31,966 nt of DNA, taken from a virus (lineage: Duplodnaviria > Caudoviricetes). Location of the stretch: positions 1-31,966 of IMG/VR virus record IMGVR_UViG_3300018421_000108; one strand, 5' to 3'. Numbering within the stretch: the first letter of the stretch is position 1; every line of letters starts with the position of its first letter. Below the pieces are notes generated by a model that worked only from the letters and a program-made list of their open reading frames with translations, had not been told where the DNA came from and searched no databases. The translations under genes were made by a program, and so were the position numbers. Shown here one piece after another: positions 27,510 through 31,966 of the stretch.

Positions 27510-28466
27510 ATGAGCATCGTATCGGATACATTACATCTGCACCTACCAGCAAAACGTAAAACAACTCCAAGTGGTTGGACTAGTTTTAATGCACCCTGTT
27601 GTGTACACAACGGAGATAGTGCTGACAAACGTCAACGTGGCGGTTTGATTGCTAATGGCGATGGCGGTATTTCATATCATTGTTTTAACTGTGGATACAA
27701 AGCAAGTTGGACTCCGGGTAGACAGTTAAGTTATAAAATGCGTAAACTTCTACAATGGTTAGGAGTTCCAGATGATACTATTACTAAACTTGCACTACAA
27801 TGTTTACAAATTGCAGAAGTTGGAAAAACAAATATACAAATCGAACTTCCAACATTTGAAACAAAACAACTTCCGAAAGATGCTAAACCTATAAACGAAA
27901 ACACTCCATTAAATGTTATAGAATATTTACAAACACGTAATTTGTATCTAGAAGATTATAAATTTCACTGGAGTCCTGAATTCAAAGACAGAATCATTAT
28001 TCCTTTTTATTACAAAGGGGATGTTGTAGGATATACCGCACGTAAGATTACAGACGGTAATCCGAAGTATCTAAGTGACCAACAACCTGGGTATGTGTTC
28101 AATATCGATGCTCAAACGTATGAACGCAAATACACAGTAGTTGTCGAAGGTCCGTTTGATGCTATTGCTGTAGAGGGTGTAGCCTTGCTTGGTAGCGAAA
28201 TCAAAGACCAACAGGCTATGCTCCTTGACAGTTTAAATACAGTTAAAATAATTGTTCCAGATAGGGACGAAGCAGGTAGTAAAGTTATTGACGAAGCAAT
28301 TGATTTGGGTTGGTCGGTTAGTATGCCTGAGTGGGAAGAGAGTATAAAAGATGTAAATGATGCTGTGCGAATGTATGGGAAAGTTTATACTTTATATTCA
28401 ATTATAAAATCTGCAGAAAGCAGTGAATTAAAAATTAGACTTAGGAGTAAAAAATGGTTTGGTTAA
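27510..28466 (+). CDS. DNA primase (gp61/DnaG-like)
   Basis: Zn-binding CC...HCFNCG, RIIIPF...GYTAR...PKY, TOPRIM VEGPFD and PDRD, KDVND. Confidence 0.88.
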   Translation: MSIVSDTLHLHLPAKRKTTPSGWTSFNAPCCVHNGDSADKRQRGGLIANGDGGISYHCFNCGYKASWTPGRQLSYKMRKLLQWLGVPDDTITKLALQCLQIAEVGKTNIQIELPTFETKQLPKDAKPINENTPLNVIEYLQTRNLYLEDYKFHWSPEFKDRIIIPFYYKGDVVGYTARKITDGNPKYLSDQQPGYVFNIDAQTYERKYTVVVEGPFDAIAVEGVALLGSEIKDQQAMLLDSLNTVKIIVPDRDEAGSKVIDEAIDLGWSVSMPEWEESIKDVNDAVRMYGKVYTLYSIIKSAESSELKIRLRSKKWFG

Positions 28467-28576
28467 AAACTTTATGGCAAAAGATTACAAAGCCATATAC
28501 AGAATGGAAGGAGAAGAGACGTTTGAAAAAACGAATCGAGGAACTTAAAAAGAGAGATCCTTTTATATACAAATAA
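28454..28576 (+). CDS. small basic 40-aa protein missing from the ORF track
   Basis: SD AGGAG at 28443-28447; MVWLKTLWQKITKPYTEWKEKRRLKKRIEELKKRDPFIYK; fills the gap exactly. Confidence 0.7.
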   Translation: MVWLKTLWQKITKPYTEWKEKRRLKKRIEELKKRDPFIYK

Positions 28577-28822
28577 ATGTTTATGAGTGAATTTAGACAA
28601 GGTATATTTAATTTATTAAAAAAGATCATTGGCGGTAGCAGTGTTATGCTAGCCGTCATTTATACCATTGGCCATATCGTAATTGCCATGGTTTGTAATA
28701 ATTTTATCACGGGTGCTTCATTTGAATTGGCGGCAGTTGATGCCATTGTTGAACCCATGATTAACGGTGTGTGGTTTTATATACTACATAAATTATATAA
28801 AAAGTTTAAAGGTGTAGAATGA
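28577..28822 (+). CDS. small membrane protein (DUF2061-like)
   Basis: YTIGHIVIA...ITGA...A...EP-x-x-N-x-x-WFY-x-x-H; two hydrophobic segments. Confidence 0.65.
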   Translation: MFMSEFRQGIFNLLKKIIGGSSVMLAVIYTIGHIVIAMVCNNFITGASFELAAVDAIVEPMINGVWFYILHKLYKKFKGVE

Positions 28823-29787
28823 TTCAATGGGGTATAGTAGGTAACAGTCACGATGCTAGTTTAGCAGTGTTTGATGACGACGATCTTAAATGGGCGGCAC
28901 TAGCAAAAGACTTTAGTGGAGTTGCTAATGACCCACACCTAAACAGCGAAATTATAAAATATGCTCTCAACGGTTGGGGCGGTCCTGAAAAAGTAGTTTG
29001 GTATGAACGACCAACACTTAAATCTTTTAGGCAGTTACTAGCAGGCCAAGGTTTTCTATTTGAAGAAAACAATATTAAAAAATATCTAAGAAGATACATA
29101 GGATATCGTTTACCAATTGAGTATATGAATCATCACCATAGTCATGCCGCATATGGTTATTATACAAGTGGCTTTAGAGATGCTAGTATTATTTGTATTG
29201 ACAGTATTGGTGAGTTTGAAACACTAACAATGTGGAAGGGCGATGGAGACAAGTTAATTAAAGTTAGTTCGCAAGGATATCCACATAGTTTAGGTTTGTG
29301 GTATAGTGCTATGACACAACGTTTAGGATTTATTCCTAATAAAGAAGAATACGAAGTTTCTAATCTTGCTAAGAACGGTGACTGGAGACGTTACTATGAT
29401 TTCTTAAAAGATTACTTTTTTGAATTTGAAAACAGACCATTCTGTATTGTAAAACTAAAAGAGAATTGTCATAGAGGATTAAAATGGTGGGCACCAGAAA
29501 TTAAACAAGATGATCTAGTAGACCTTGCCGCGGCAACTCAAAAACTGTTTATGGATATTGTATTAAGGTTAACTACTAGTATGGCACTGCGTATGCCTAG
29601 CAAGAATCTAGTTGTTACTGGTGGGTGTGCGTTAAATAAAGGCGCAATGGATTATATTAGACCCAACTGGGACAATCTTTGGATACCCCCTAATCCAGGT
29701 GATCCTGGCTCATGTATTGGAGCAGTATTGGCTTCGGAAAAGAAACATATTGACTTTAATCCTAATGTATGGTATAATAGTAAGTAA
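28819..29787 (+). CDS. carbamoyltransferase (NodU/CmcH family), N-terminal Kae1-like domain only
   Basis: HDAS, HHHSHAA, DSIGE, SLGLWY, GGCALN, PGDPGSCIGA; ends at 322 aa. Confidence 0.82.
   Translation: MIQWGIVGNSHDASLAVFDDDDLKWAALAKDFSGVANDPHLNSEIIKYALNGWGGPEKVVWYERPTLKSFRQLLAGQGFLFEENNIKKYLRRYIGYRLPIEYMNHHHSHAAYGYYTSGFRDASIICIDSIGEFETLTMWKGDGDKLIKVSSQGYPHSLGLWYSAMTQRLGFIPNKEEYEVSNLAKNGDWRRYYDFLKDYFFEFENRPFCIVKLKENCHRGLKWWAPEIKQDDLVDLAAATQKLFMDIVLRLTTSMALRMPSKNLVVTGGCALNKGAMDYIRPNWDNLWIPPNPGDPGSCIGAVLASEKKHIDFNPNVWYNSK
29750..29778 (+). promoter_or_regulatory. sigma70-type promoter (extended -10) for helicase, embedded in CDS
   Basis: TTGACT (29750-29755), N17, TATAAT (29773-29778) with upstream TG. 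Confidence 0.8.
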
Positions 29788-29801
29788 AATAAGGGAACTA
29801 A

Positions 29802-31226
29802 ATGGCAAAACAAAATAAAGACTACGGCTATGATGTACAGAAAGTATATCTAGAAATGATGTTGAGCGATGCACAATCATTTGTGCGTTGTCAAAGTATC
29901 TTTGATAGTTCGTTGTTTGATAGAAAATTACAAGACGCCGCAGAATTTATTAACAAGTATGTAAGTGATCATAACGCATTACCTACACAAGATATGGTGA
30001 ATGCAAGTTGTAAAACTGATTTGAAAATTCCTGAAGGTCTACGTGAAGAACACTATGATTGGTTACTACAAGAGTTTGAAACATTTACTAGACACAAAGG
30101 TTTGGAAAGAGCAATTCTTGAAAGTGCTAACTTACTTGAAGAAGGCAACTACGGTCCAGTTGAAGACAAAATTAAAAATGCAGTACAGGTAGGACTACAA
30201 AAAGATTTAGGTATTGATTACTTTGAAGACCCTAAAGGTAGACTACAAGGACTAAAAGACAACAACGGACAAGTAAGCACAGGTTGGGCAAGTTTAGATA
30301 GGAAACTGTTTGGCGGGTTCAACAGAGGTGAACTGAATATCTTTGCAGGTGGTTCTGGTGCAGGTAAATCTTTGTTCTTAGCAAACCTCGGTGTTAACTG
30401 GGCACTTGAAGGTATGAATGTTTGTTATCTAAGTTTTGAATTGAGTGAAGCACTTGTAGCAATGCGTATTGACAGTATGTTTACTGATACACCAACAAAA
30501 GAAATATTTAAGGATCTTGATGGTGTTGAAATGAAAGTTAAGATGCTTGGTAAGAAAACTGGCGCATTTCAAATTAAGTATATGCCAAGTGGTAAGACAG
30601 CAAATGATATTAGAAGTTATTTGAAAGAATATGAAATTAAAACAGGCAAGAAGATTGATGTATTACTTGTAGACTACTTAGATTTACTAATGCCTATTAG
30701 TAGAAAAGTATCGCCAAGCGATTTGTTTATTAAAGATAAGTTTGTATCTGAAGAATTGCGTAACCTTGCAATGGAAACACAAACTGTGTTTGTAACAGCG
30801 TCACAGTTGAACAGAGGTGCAGTTGAAGAAATTGAATTTGATCATTCACATATATCAGGTGGTTTGAGTAAGATTCAAACAGCAGACAACGTTATCGGTA
30901 TCTTTACAAGTAGAGCAATGCGTGAGCGTGGACGTTATCAAATACAGTTAATGAAGACACGTTCATCAAGTGGTGTTGGCAGTAAGATTGATTTAGAATT
31001 TGATGTTGATAGTTTGCGTATTAGAGATCTTGAAGACGACGATGACAACAACTACAACACTGCTCCACAAGGTGGATCGAGTGTACTTGCAGGACTAAAA
31101 AGAACAAGTGCTGTTGAACAAGGTGAACCAACCGAACCAGATCAAGGTGTGCCTGTTAGAAAAGTAAGAGCAGAAACCGATTCAACTAAACTACGTGAAT
31201 TCTTAGGCAATCTTGGCAATGAATAG
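29802..31226 (+). CDS. replicative DnaB/gp41-like helicase
   Basis: STGW-x-x-LD, GGSGAGKS, SFELSE, VDYLDL, TASQLNR, TAD, MKTR. Confidence 0.9.
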   Translation: MAKQNKDYGYDVQKVYLEMMLSDAQSFVRCQSIFDSSLFDRKLQDAAEFINKYVSDHNALPTQDMVNASCKTDLKIPEGLREEHYDWLLQEFETFTRHKGLERAILESANLLEEGNYGPVEDKIKNAVQVGLQKDLGIDYFEDPKGRLQGLKDNNGQVSTGWASLDRKLFGGFNRGELNIFAGGSGAGKSLFLANLGVNWALEGMNVCYLSFELSEALVAMRIDSMFTDTPTKEIFKDLDGVEMKVKMLGKKTGAFQIKYMPSGKTANDIRSYLKEYEIKTGKKIDVLLVDYLDLLMPISRKVSPSDLFIKDKFVSEELRNLAMETQTVFVTASQLNRGAVEEIEFDHSHISGGLSKIQTADNVIGIFTSRAMRERGRYQIQLMKTRSSSGVGSKIDLEFDVDSLRIRDLEDDDDNNYNTAPQGGSSVLAGLKRTSAVEQGEPTEPDQGVPVRKVRAETDSTKLREFLGNLGNE

Positions 31227-31776
31227 TATACACGTAGTTGACAACGTATTTCCTGATTGGTTGTTAAAAACTATACAACATAGTATTAGCAATTTAAAAG
31301 AATGGGAATACGGTCGTGTACAAAGTGCATTCAACGAAGAATACGAAAACTATTACAACTGTGTACTATGGCACAAGAATTATCCTGAAGCAAAAGATCC
31401 TTTAAAAGGATTAACCAATACAATCGCTAGTTGCTTTGCACTAGAAGTTTTACCTAAAGTAGTTAAGTCTGCCACACAGAGTTTACAAATTGCCAGACTA
31501 AATGGAACTACTCCTGCTAGTACACAATACCCACACAGGGACTGTGATATGGGAGAAAACATTGATAATATGTATAGTATAGTTTGGTATCCGTTTGACA
31601 GCGACGGTGGTCTACGCTTTTGGGAAGATCAAATTGTTTTAGATAAACCGTCACAGGTTGTAGAATACAAAATAAACAGAGCCGTGGTATTTCCTAGTCA
31701 TATTCCACACGCAGGATTAGCACCTACAGACTGGCCTATGCGAGTAAGCATAAACACAGTTTGGGCTCTTAATTAG
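31219..31776 (+). CDS. 2OG-Fe(II) oxygenase (paralog of 22733-23314)
   Basis: FPDW, RLNGT, PHRD, DGGLRF, NRAVVFPSHIPH, RVSI. Confidence 0.82.
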   Translation: MNSIHVVDNVFPDWLLKTIQHSISNLKEWEYGRVQSAFNEEYENYYNCVLWHKNYPEAKDPLKGLTNTIASCFALEVLPKVVKSATQSLQIARLNGTTPASTQYPHRDCDMGENIDNMYSIVWYPFDSDGGLRFWEDQIVLDKPSQVVEYKINRAVVFPSHIPHAGLAPTDWPMRVSINTVWALN

Positions 31777-31936
31777 ATTCCTAGGGTAAAAAATACCCCC
31801 GTGCGACAGACGCCTTAAATGCATGAAAATCACCCCTAAATGGCTCTTATTTGCCGACTTAAGGAGTTTTGCTATACTTTGTATGTCTTAGGTATTTTTA
31901 CACGGCGAGCACCGTTTTAACCGCTTTTAACACGCC

Positions 31937-31956
31937 TTTAATATACGTATATTAAA
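31937..31956. repeat. perfect 20-bp palindrome
   Basis: TTTAATATACGTATATTAAA is its own reverse complement. Confidence 0.85.
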
Positions 31957-31966
31957 TAGAGTTATG
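31953..31966 (+). promoter_or_regulatory. putative late promoter plus start codon of the next gene
   Basis: TAAATAGAGTTATG, identical to 11553-11566. Confidence 0.55.

Noticed and set aside
585-31562. Short antisense and alternate-frame ORFs in the track (e.g. 585-830, 1922-2170, 4502-4804, 18211-18567, 18634-18942, 28848-29099)
   Set aside because: They lie within well-supported genes, lack SDs and recognisable motifs, and look like shadow ORFs.

Overview
AT-rich, gene-dense, almost entirely + strand segment of a large T4-like (jumbo-type) bacteriophage genome using the standard genetic code. The replication/recombination backbone comprises a gp32-like SSB, UvsX/RecA, UvsY, UvsW, a probable clamp-loader small subunit, a 188-aa mini DnaE-like polymerase, a primase and a DnaB/gp41 helicase. 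Accessory modification genes are interleaved with it: a ~13 kb island between uvsY and the uvsW region (methyltransferase, GT29-like transferase, 2OG-Fe(II) oxygenases, PLP enzyme, amidinotransferase, two radical SAMs, nucleotidyltransferase-cupin fusion, several glycosyltransferases), plus a VUT/YhhQ transporter, an SGNH-like protein and an N-domain-only carbamoyltransferase. The most notable signals are: (1) a coupled oxygenase-PLP enzyme-amidinotransferase-radical SAM operon that looks like a phage guanidination pathway; (2) apparent avoidance of GCWGC and AGCT, visible in Ala-Ala codon choice; (3) an in-frame TGA inside uvsX; (4) a minimal DnaE core; (5) promoters placed to give leaderless mRNAs; (6) a catalytically dead oxygenase paralog. 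All calls come from motif recognition by eye; no searches were run. No tRNA, rRNA, CRISPR array or mobile element was seen.
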